Virus record (IMG/VR): IMGVR_UViG_2061766007_000756 | From: an uncultured virus (IMG/VR IMGVR_UViG_2061766007_000756) | Taxonomy: Duplodnaviria; Heunggongvirae; Uroviricota; Caudoviricetes | Strand: one strand, 5' to 3' | DNA: 46,520 bases | Part shown: positions 10,441 through 18,772 of the stretch, piece by piece | Position numbering within the stretch: position 1 is the first letter of the stretch | How the letters are laid out: every line of letters starts with the position of its first letter | The notes under the pieces: generated by a model | Databases searched by the model: none | What the model was told of the DNA's origin: nothing | The model's input: only the letters and a program-made list of their open reading frames with translations | Translations under genes and position numbers: made by a program

Positions 10441-11052
10441 ATGTCTGATAATAGAAAATTTATTGTCACCAACAGAAGTGCCAGCCGTGTACATTATTCT
10501 GTGCCGGAATTGGGTATTAAAAGTCGCGATTTCCAACCTGGGGAAAGTAAGCAGATTACTTATGCTGAACTTGAAGGTTTAAGCTATATCCCTGGTGGTA
10601 AGGAATTGATTAGAGATTATTTGCTCATTAAAGATATACCAGTGAGAGATGAATTCGTTGGACATGTAGAGCCTGAATATAATATGACTAGTGCTGAGGT
10701 TAAAGATCTGATTTTGCATGGGTCATTAGATGAATGGCTTGATGCTTTAGATTTCGCTCCAGAAGGAGTGATTGACCTAATTAAGACTTTATCTGTTGAA
10801 TTACCTCTTACTGATACAAGAAAAATGGATGCCTTTAAAGAAAAGAAGGGATCCGATTTGGCAAGAATGATTCGCGCCAAACAAGAAGAAGAGGCGGAAC
10901 GTGCGGCAGCCCAGGCGCAAAGCGCCCAAGAGCCANNNNNNNNNNNNNNNNNNNNNNNNNNNNNNNNNNAAGCAGAAGTTCCGCAAAATCCTGCAAGAAG
11001 AACTTCTGGTTCAAAATATAAGGTAGTAAGTCAGGGGACGACAACAAAGTAA
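10441..11052 (+). CDS. Hypothetical head-module protein
   Basis: AAAAGGAG RBS, 203 aa, Ala/Glu/Gln-rich tail ending KYKVVSQGTTTK. No visible TAG. Confidence 0.75.
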   Translation: MSDNRKFIVTNRSASRVHYSVPELGIKSRDFQPGESKQITYAELEGLSYIPGGKELIRDYLLIKDIPVRDEFVGHVEPEYNMTSAEVKDLILHGSLDEWLDALDFAPEGVIDLIKTLSVELPLTDTRKMDAFKEKKGSDLARMIRAKQEEEAERAAAQAQSAQEPXXXXXXXXXXXXAEVPQNPARRTSGSKYKVVSQGTTTK

Positions 11053-11073
11053 TCGCAATTGAGGAGGCGTTTT

Positions 11074-12314
11074 ATGGGAACTAAATTCACCGATNNNNNN
11101 NNNNGCATGATGGATAATGCTATTCATGTATATAAAGATACCAGTCTTAGCCAGGAAGGTGTATTCAATCTTAAGGATACTGTCGCTCATCATGTTATCG
11201 TTGATAACATCGCTGACGCAAATGGTGGATCGAACTCGGGAAACTGATGCAGGTAACAGCAAGTAAACTTGCTACCGCACCTAATGATGCCAATAAGACT
11301 GAGTCTCAGGCTAATCAGGATGCTGTTACTGTATCACAAAATGGTAATGTAATTACTATTTCCGGTAGCCTTGCAGGATTAAATAGCTTCGCTTCTACTA
11401 ATCCTGCACAAGGTAGTGGAAAATGGATTGGTTTAGACTTAAATACTGGTCTTGATACTATTGTAGGCGCTAAATGGGGCGATTCTTACACTATGACTCA
11501 AGATGATGTAGATGAGGCTGCTTCTGTCGGACTNNNNNNNNNNNNNNNNNNNNNNNNNNNNNNNNNNNNNNNNNNNNNNNNNNNNNNNNNNNNNNNNNNN
11601 NNNNNNNNNNNNNNNNNNNNNNNNNNNNNNNNNNNNNNNNNNNNNNNNNNNNNNNNNNNNNNNNNNNNNNNNNNNNNNNNNNNNNNNNNNNNNNNNNNNN
11701 NNNNNNNNNNNNNNNNNNNNNNNNNNNNNNNNNNNNNNNNNNNNNNNNNNNNNNNNNNNNNNNNNNNNNNNNNNNNNNNNNNNNNNNNNNAAATTACTGA
11801 TGATATGTATATGGAATTAACTCCATAGGATACTGTTAAAGATTTGCAGCGACTTTTAATAGATGCTATTCCTGGATTTGAATTTCCAAGAGTAGATTTA
11901 GAAGACTATAATATTGAAGTTGTGCGTATGCGCGAAGATGAAGTGACCGAAGATGATTTTATCATAGGTGTTATTTGGAATGAATTAAGCGAAGATTTCG
12001 ATCCGCAAGTTCCAGATGTTCTTGTAGAACATTCTAGTTTTGCAAATGAATTAACTTCAGAANNNNNNNNNNNNNNNNNNNNNNNNNNNNNNNNNNNNNN
12101 NNNNNNNNNNNNNNNNNNNNNNNNNNNNNNNNNNNNNNNNNNNNNNNNNNNNNNNNNNNNNNNNNNNNNNNNNNNNNNNNNNNNNNNNTATAAAAGGAGA
12201 AGACCGAGTACTGAGTATGATTTAGCCAGTGGAAAAACGGAAGGACCTTTCGCTTCTAACTGGGATGTGCTCAAGAATGGTGTTTATACCTATGGCCGCG
12301 GCATTAGAGGATAA
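11074..12314 (+). CDS. Putative head-tail adaptor (interrupted in the scaffold by a misplaced duplicate and gaps)
   Basis: GAGGAGG RBS, MGTKFTD at 11074. Resumes at 11791 as ITDDMYMELTP[TAG 11826]DTVKDLQRLL, ends TAA 12314. Part of the missing middle (DFKMTSQANHLSKLL) is visible in the duplicate at 13099. Confidence 0.6.
11105..11533 (+). repeat. Diverged duplicate of 9815-10243 (capsid 3' end plus extension); probable strain allele
   Basis: Constant offset of 1290 nt, mostly synonymous differences, N gaps on both sides, inserted inside another gene. Confidence 0.85.
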
Positions 12315-12630
12315 CTTTGGTGTAGCATTTGAGGTATCTTCAATAGAGCAAAATGTAACAAGATTAACAAATCAGACATGGAAATTAATCCCTATGCGAG
12401 AACATGACGAAGATTGGTAGAAACAGCTTGATAATGTAAACCTTGAAATTGCAGGTTTTGGAGTAATGTTTACTCAATGCCCGCAATTTCTTTCTTTAAG
12501 AGCTAAATTAGAAGGTTTAAAAGAAATTGAAACTTCATTTGAGCTGTATCGTAGAACCGTATTCGAATGCATTAGTTTATTGCAGGAGGTAAAGAAACAT
12601 GTCCGACGAACGGAAACCAAAGATTCTTAA
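12292..12630 (+). CDS. Hypothetical neck-region protein (112 aa)
   Basis: MAAALEDNFG...HDEDW[TAG 12418]KQLDNVNLEIAG...YRRTVFECISLL...TKDS, TAA. Start codon uncertain. Confidence 0.7.
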
Positions 12631-13903
12631 TACGGCTCAACAACTTATGTCAGGTAGACTTTTTGGTACCCCTGATGGGGATACTGAAAGGGCGCAAGCT
12701 GAGAAAGAATTTAAATTACCTGTCTTTTAGACAGAACGACTAAATGAAATGGCTACTCAGCTAGTATATGCGGGCGGTCCAGCTCAATAGAGTCGTATGA
12801 TTAGAGACAAGCGCAAAACCTTAAATAGAGCGCTTTTATATTCATATCAAAGTGCATTTGTCAAAAAAGTTTATACGGATGAACAGGAAGCTGCGGAACA
12901 TGAAAATGATTAGATTTACAGAGCCCTGATTAACCCAGATAAATTAAAAATGGACTATGATGATAAAATGTTATCAATTGGATTTGAATCTGGCTTTAAG
13001 CCAGGTGATGTTTTTGAGTGGTTAAATACTGGTTCCTACTGGTTAATTAGATTACAAGACCTGGATGAATATGCTTATTTTAGAGGCGNNNNNNNNNNTG
13101 GCGTAGATTTTAAGATGACTTCGCAAGCGAATCATTTATCTAAGTTGCTATCAGCCCTGTCAGAGTGCCAGAGACAATCTCATCACATGCAGAGACTATA
13201 CAAAAGGAGAAGACCGAGTACTGAGTACGATTTAGCCAGTGGAAAAACGGAAGGGCCTTTCGCTTCTAACTGGGATGTGCTCAAACACGGCGTTTACACC
13301 TATGGCCGCGGCATTAGAGGATAACTTTGGTGTAGCATTTGAGATATCTTCAATAGAGCAAAATGTAACAAGATTAACAAATCAGACATGGAAANNNNNN
13401 NNNNNNNNNNNNNNNNNNNNNNNNNNNNNNNNNNNNNNNNNNNNNNNNNNNNNNNNNNNNNNNNNNNNNNNNNNNNNNNNNNNNNNNNNNNNNNNNNNNN
13501 NNNNNNNNNNNNNNNNNNNNNNNNTGAAGCCACTGATTCTATTTCTACTCCTGGCATTTTAGAAGTTACTGCGGTTGAATATTATGCAAATGAAACTGAA
13601 GATGATATTGAAAATGGTATCGCTGGTGGTTTAATTGTTAAGAATATTGAACCAGAAGTAGATGAAACTCATAATACAATAGTTGGAGAAACATTTATTA
13701 AACCGAAGATTGAAAAAGAGTATTACTTCGATGGGCCATTGCGTGCGCGCTGGTCTTACGATGGTAAAGCTCCAATCAAAGCGACGGTAGACCCTGAGGA
13801 TATCAGGAGAATTAAAATTAAATGGACTGCTAATTTTAGTGGTCAATTTGATATACATTATGGTGATTATTCCAAGACAATAGTCGTTGAATCACTATTC
13901 TGA
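12599..13903 (+). CDS. Putative head-closure/neck protein (3 visible TAG; interrupted by duplicate and gap)
   Basis: CAGGAGG RBS, ATG 12599, TAG at 12728, 12788 and 12911, in frame with ORF 12950 (GFKPGDVFEW...YWLI...AYFRG). Resumes at 13525 (DSISTPGILEVTAVE), ends TGA. Confidence 0.6.
13099..13393 (+). repeat. Diverged duplicate of the ~12100-12383 region; probable strain allele
   Basis: 13199-13393 matches 12189-12383 (offset 1010) with few substitutions. Flanked by N gaps. Confidence 0.85.
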
Positions 13904-13922
13904 GTAAAAGGAGATAGTGCTT

Positions 13923-14537
13923 ATGAAGAGATTAACTTATCAATATCCAAAATCTAGATTTTTATCTGTCGATAAGGATATGAATTTAATTATTAGTAAG
14001 TTATTTGAAAATGATAGGCTGAAGAAATTATTATATTATACTTCAGATGATGCGCTTACTAGACCGAAAGTTACTGATGAACAAATGATTGAAATGGTCG
14101 GTAAAAACATTAAGAATGTACCAAAGCTATATGTTGATGGTTCGGTTCTAAATTATGTGATTATTAATTTCGATAATTTTACTCCGAATAGGAAAAATCC
14201 TGAGTTTAGAGATAATATTGTTGAATTTGATATTATTTGCCATTTCGATCAGTGGAATTTAAAAGATTTTTCACTTCGTCCTTATAAAATTGCGGCTGAG
14301 ATTGATAGCATGCTAGATGGTAGACATTTAACTGGTATTGGCGAGCTGGAATTTTTAGGTGCCAATCAAATTTTATTAACTGATGAATATGCTGGGCTAT
14401 GTTTAATGTATCAAGCAATTCATGGGGAAGAAGATAAGATTGATGCAGAACCGGAGCCTGAAGATATTGATTTAATTAAGAATTTTAATAAAATTTTTAA
14501 TACTGAAAAATGGCAAGTTGAAGACGAAGAGGATTAA
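13923..14537 (+). CDS. Putative tail terminator/neck protein
   Basis: AAAGGAG RBS. Motifs IVEFDIICH, RPYKIAAEID, TGIGELEF. Located shortly before the tail tube. No TAG. Confidence 0.55.
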   Translation: MKRLTYQYPKSRFLSVDKDMNLIISKLFENDRLKKLLYYTSDDALTRPKVTDEQMIEMVGKNIKNVPKLYVDGSVLNYVIINFDNFTPNRKNPEFRDNIVEFDIICHFDQWNLKDFSLRPYKIAAEIDSMLDGRHLTGIGELEFLGANQILLTDEYAGLCLMYQAIHGEEDKIDAEPEPEDIDLIKNFNKIFNTEKWQVEDEED

Positions 14538-14541
14538 TTAA

Positions 14542-15273
14542 ATGCGTGACAATAGATTAGCTTTAATGACGGGTATAGACATACCTATTCCAGAGTGCCA
14601 GCTAATCGTGCATCAACCTACTTTAAAAGATATAGCCTTCATTGGGGAAACAGAATTTTTTGTAGGGATGCAATGTCTTTGCATAAGTAAAAACATGGTT
14701 GTTTAGGACGAATCTCTTCTAGCAAATACGACTAATTTTTAGATATTTATGACAGTGATGTCAGAAAAAGAAACCAAAGATAAAAAAGACGCTACTTTAT
14801 AGGTGTTATCATTAATGTTTCCATCATATAAGATAACGGCAACCCCGCGTTCGTTAATATTTTCTTCCAATGGTGAAGCTGTTATTGTTGATGAAAATAA
14901 TTTTGAGCCCTTTCAAGAAGTGTTGAAAGAAATCTTTTGTTTTAATACTGGTCCAATGGACCAACAGGCGTTCAATCCTGGTGATGCTAAGTCGCGCGAA
15001 ATTGCACAGAAACTTATGCGTGGCCGGTAGCGAGTCGCCGCACAATAGGCGCAACAAGGCGGTAGTGGGAGCGCATTTAGTAAGTATATTTCAATTCTCA
15101 CTATTGGCGCCCACATTGACTTCTTGTGCGCGGTTCAGCTGACTATGTTTCAGCTTTATGATTTGATTGAAAGGTATTACCTATATACCAATTGGGATAT
15201 TGATATTAAGACTCGATTGGCTGGTGGTAAACCTGATTCAAAACCAGACGATTGGATGAAGAGCATTCATTAA
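14542..15273 (+). CDS. Tail-assembly chaperone-like/hypothetical protein (243 aa, 5 TAG)
   Basis: Single gap-free frame MRDNRLALMTGIDIP...KPDDWMKSIH, TAA, with TAG at 14704, 14740, 14800, 15028 and 15046. LTMFQLYDL motif near the C-terminus. Confidence 0.7.
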
Positions 15274-15294
15274 ATATAACAAGGAGGAATAACC

Positions 15295-16275
15295 ATGAAA
15301 TTTGGTGTACGCGAAATTTGCGATGTCGTTTTAAAAGCAAAGGCACCTCAAAGAATAGGCAATAAGCAATTCTTTAAGAATGAGCCTGTTATTTATTTCG
15401 ATACTTTAAAGACCTCCAGCATGGAAGGTGCCGCTACCACTGTATATGCACAGGGTGGCCGTGGTAATTCACGTCTCATCGCTTGGGAAGGTGAGCGTAC
15501 CGTTACCTTCACAATGGAAGATGCACTGATTTCCCCTGCTGGATTTGCTATTCTTTCTGGTGCTGGTTTAATTGAAGCTAATAGCAATGCTACAATTAAG
15601 CAGCATACAACAGAGCAAACTGATGCTGTTGTTGTAAATGGTTCAAGTGTTGATATTTATTTATCTGAAAAGCCTTTTGATAAGGCCGGTGAAGATTTTA
15701 TTTATGTTATGGTTCTGAAGGATGGCGAAGTTGTAACCGAGCCTTATATTCCTGCACATCCTGGTGATGTTGAGGCTGAAGGCGAAGATAGTGATTTCGC
15801 TGGCAAGTTCAAGATTTCTCTTCAAGATCGCGATGCCGATGACATTGAAGATGATTTTTATGATGGCTGCATCGTTCTTGTTGACTACTATGTAGAAAGA
15901 GCTGCTGGTGCTCAACAGATCGAGATTACTCCTGACAAGTTTGGTGGTAACTACTATCTTGAAGCTTCCACCCTGTTCCGTGATACCAATGGTGTAGACC
16001 TTCCTGCAGAGTTCATCATTCCTAACTGCAAGATTCAGTCTAACTTCACCTTTACCATGGCTTCTTCAGGCGATCCTTCTACTTTCACCTTTACAATTGA
16101 CGCATTCCCAGATTACTTAAGATTCGACAAGACTCATAAAGTTCTTGCCGCTATTCAAATCATTGACCCTGTCTCTGAGGACAAGTTTGTTACTCGTGAG
16201 AGAGAACATACTAAAGAAGAGGATGACGAAGTCGGTCGTGAACAGACTTGGTCTCCAAAGGTTCTTAAGGACTAA
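15295..16275 (+). CDS. Major tail (tube) protein
   Basis: AAGGAGG RBS, 326 aa, beta-rich (VYAQGGRGN, TVTFTMEDA, FTFTMASSGDPSTFTFTIDA), high-expression codon bias, no TAG. No sheath gene nearby. Confidence 0.8.
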   Translation: MKFGVREICDVVLKAKAPQRIGNKQFFKNEPVIYFDTLKTSSMEGAATTVYAQGGRGNSRLIAWEGERTVTFTMEDALISPAGFAILSGAGLIEANSNATIKQHTTEQTDAVVVNGSSVDIYLSEKPFDKAGEDFIYVMVLKDGEVVTEPYIPAHPGDVEAEGEDSDFAGKFKISLQDRDADDIEDDFYDGCIVLVDYYVERAAGAQQIEITPDKFGGNYYLEASTLFRDTNGVDLPAEFIIPNCKIQSNFTFTMASSGDPSTFTFTIDAFPDYLRFDKTHKVLAAIQIIDPVSEDKFVTREREHTKEEDDEVGREQTWSPKVLKD

Positions 16276-16279
16276 TTAA

Positions 16280-16672
16280 ATGATTATTCGTACTTCAGTG
16301 AGAAATGACCGCGCTCTAGCTAAGTCTAGAGCGCGTCTATCTCAAAGGGAACAGAGGCGTCTTGAAAATACGAAACATCCAGAAGGTAAACATGATGCTT
16401 TTGCAGCTGAGGTAACTGAGGCTCCTGTTGAAGTACAAGTAGTGCCGTTAAAGGAAGAAATTCCAGTACGGGAAGAAAATTTAAAAGAAATAACAGAGAG
16501 TGCGGTACCTGCTCCTGCGATTGTGGAGCCCGAGACTACGAATGTAAGACCGGGAACCGCAGTAGTCAGATCTAAGGTTCTTGATGAAATTGCTAATAAG
16601 TATAGACAAGAGCCATAGGAAAAACCGAAAAAGAAATATAAAGTTATTTCTATAGGTGATAATAAGAAATAA
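16280..16672 (+). CDS. Hypothetical low-complexity protein (130 aa)
   Basis: Reads through TAG 16616 to EKPKKKYKVISIGDNKK, TAA 16670-16672, ending 8 nt before a terminator. Confidence 0.65.
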
Positions 16673-16680
16673 AGCTTATA

Positions 16681-16713
16681 GGGGAGAGATACTTGTATCT
16701 CTCCCCATTTTTT
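16681..16713 (+). terminator. Rho-independent terminator
   Basis: GGGGAGAGATAC-TT-GTATCTCTCCCC inverted repeat, then ATTTTTT. Confidence 0.9.
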
Positions 16714-16731
16714 GCGTTAAAGGAGAAAATT

Positions 16732-18041
16732 ATGGCAACAATAGGTTCAGAATTTGCTAGATAGGTTGTTATTATTCATGGTAAACCGTAGCCTTTACCA
16801 TTTTGGGATAAATATGGTGGAGAAGATTATTCTTAGCTAAATGATATGTTACCGCCAGATAATAAAGCGATTTAGCAATTTTAGATTCAAAAATTAGAAG
16901 AAATTGCTGATATTGAAATTTAGAAGCAAATAGCTACTCATGGATCTATAGCAGCAGAGTTGAGTAAAATGATAACATCTGGAGAAATGAATAGTGCATT
17001 AAAAAATTATGAGCAACAAGAAAATAGTACTTTAGATAAAGTAATTACTAACTGGATTTCTATGTTAAATGAAGGTTATGCATATGCTTATAAAGATGAA
17101 TTTTCTGAATAGGAATATGATAAAGTATAGAATTATCTTAAAAGAATTACACAAAAATTAAATCAAATTATGAAAATGNNNNNNNNNNNNNNNNNNNNNN
17201 NNNNNNNNNNNNNNTTAGCAGATTTGCATGCCTTAATGAAAAAGGCTAATTTTTCTCCAATGGATATAACAACTTGGGTTAATCATATGTCACATTTAAA
17301 AGGTGATACAGTAGAGCAAATTGGTAAAGAGTGGTTAACAAAAAAAGGAGCTCCAAATATTAAAAGTATTGTAACTGGCGCATTAGAATATAGAGGTAAA
17401 AAATATGAGCATTAGGGTCAATTAATTCAAGACTTAATGTTAATAAGAACTGATTAGCCAGATTTATTAGAATCAGTAAAAATTACTTATACCATAGCTG
17501 GTTCACCAGATGATGTAAAAGAAATGAATTTAGGTCAATTTATAGAAATGCTTGAAAATTTAGAAAAAGATGCTAAACATATTATGTTAAGTGATGAAGG
17601 ATATGAAAATTTAATGAAGTACTCTGAATTAAACATTCAGGCAAAAGCTGGTATTAACCAATTACCATGGAATAAAAATGCTAGTACATCTGTTTCTATT
17701 GAAGATTTTACTAATGAAAAAGGCTCATTGGCATTATCTGCAAGAAGAACATTTTAGTTATTACATAGTTTAAATACATTGGATCCAAAAGAAGATCATT
17801 GGACTTTAAGAGATACATCATAGACATATAATGCAATAGCCAACTATGGATTAGCAACTGCTTTAGCTAAAGTATTGCATTTAGAAGCTAATTTTGGTAA
17901 CCAATATTTATTAACACCTAGTGGTTTTATTTCATTCCCAGAAAGAATGAAACAATTATTTAAAGAAGAAAAGTATAAGGCATATATGCAAGGTAGTATT
18001 AATATNNNNNNNNNNCTGTTAATGTTACTAATCATACTTAA
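16732..18041 (+). CDS. Hypothetical protein, TAG-dense (~430 aa, 12 visible TAG)
   Basis: AAAGGAG RBS, ATG 16732. The only in-frame stops are TAG (16762, 16789, 16834, 16873, 16882, 16921, 17110, 17128, 17413, 17455, 17755, 17821). End after the last gap is approximate. Confidence 0.75.
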
Positions 18042-18053
18042 TGTATTTTTAAC

Positions 18054-18082
18054 TTGACAAATATAAATTTTTCTGTTACAAT
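18054..18082 (+). promoter_or_regulatory. sigmaA-type promoter inside the tail module
   Basis: TTGACA (18054-59), 17 nt, TACAAT (18077-82), with a TGn extension. AAAGGAG RBS downstream. Confidence 0.75.
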
Positions 18083-18124
18083 ATTAAAGGTAATAGAAAT
18101 TAAAAATAAAGGAGAAAAAGGATT

Positions 18125-18627
18125 ATGGCGAAAGTTGGATTATCTAAACTTGGTCTTTCAGTTAATAAAGAAGTTCAAGAAATTAGCTGGAATGGTCAAA
18201 TTATTGAGGTAAAACAATATTTACCTTCTAATGAAAAATTAGAAGTATGTTCTAAAATTNNNNNNNNNNNNNNNNNNNNNAGAATTTTTATAATCCAGGT
18301 CGCGTGGCGATTTTTCAAGCCATTGAAACACTTTTAGCTTATACAAATATTAATGTAACTGACAAACAAAAAGAAGATCCTTGTAAATTATTTGATTTAC
18401 TTCATTCTTCTGGGCTAGCAGCAGTTATTTATGCAGCGATTCCTGAGAATGAATTGGGAGCTATTCAAAGTATTGTAGAAGCAACAATTCATAATATTTA
18501 TGAANNNNNNNNNNNNNNNNNNNNNGATTATAGTGATTTAAATACAGAGGTAGAAGATGTTCAAGCGAAATTAACTAATGGAACTGGTGTGGCTTTTTTG
18601 AAAGAAGTAATGGATAAATTGGGCTAA
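18125..18627 (+). CDS. Putative tail assembly chaperone
   Basis: ORFs 18125 and 18304 join across an N gap (IEVKQYLP...FYNPGRVAIF...AYTNINVTDKQKED). Directly upstream of the tape measure gene. No visible TAG. Confidence 0.6.
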
Positions 18628-18666
18628 TTAAAATAATATAGCTAATTCATTTTTCAAATGAATTAG
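18619..18666 (+). promoter_or_regulatory. Candidate late promoter motif, copy 2
   Basis: TTGGGCTAATTAAAATAATATAGCTAATTCATTTTTCAAATGAATTAG, upstream of the tape measure gene. Aligns without gaps to 28824-28871. Confidence 0.5.
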
Positions 18667-18772
18667 GAGTAATCGGGGAGTAGAGTCGATANNNNNNNNN
18701 NNNNNNNNNNNNNNNNNNNNNNNNNNNNNNNNNNNNNNNNNNNNNNNNNNNNNNNNNNNNNNNNNNNNNNNN

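Noticed and set aside
11059..11828. Second capsid gene or separate ATG-started gene at 11247
   Set aside because: Gap-bounded partial duplicate inside another gene. The ATG is absent from the 9948 copy and has no convincing RBS.
18594..18617. T TTT TTG slippery heptamer near the end of the pre-TMP chaperone gene (G/GT-type frameshift)
   Set aside because: The -1 frame hits TAA at 18615-18617 after a few codons, so no extended product results.
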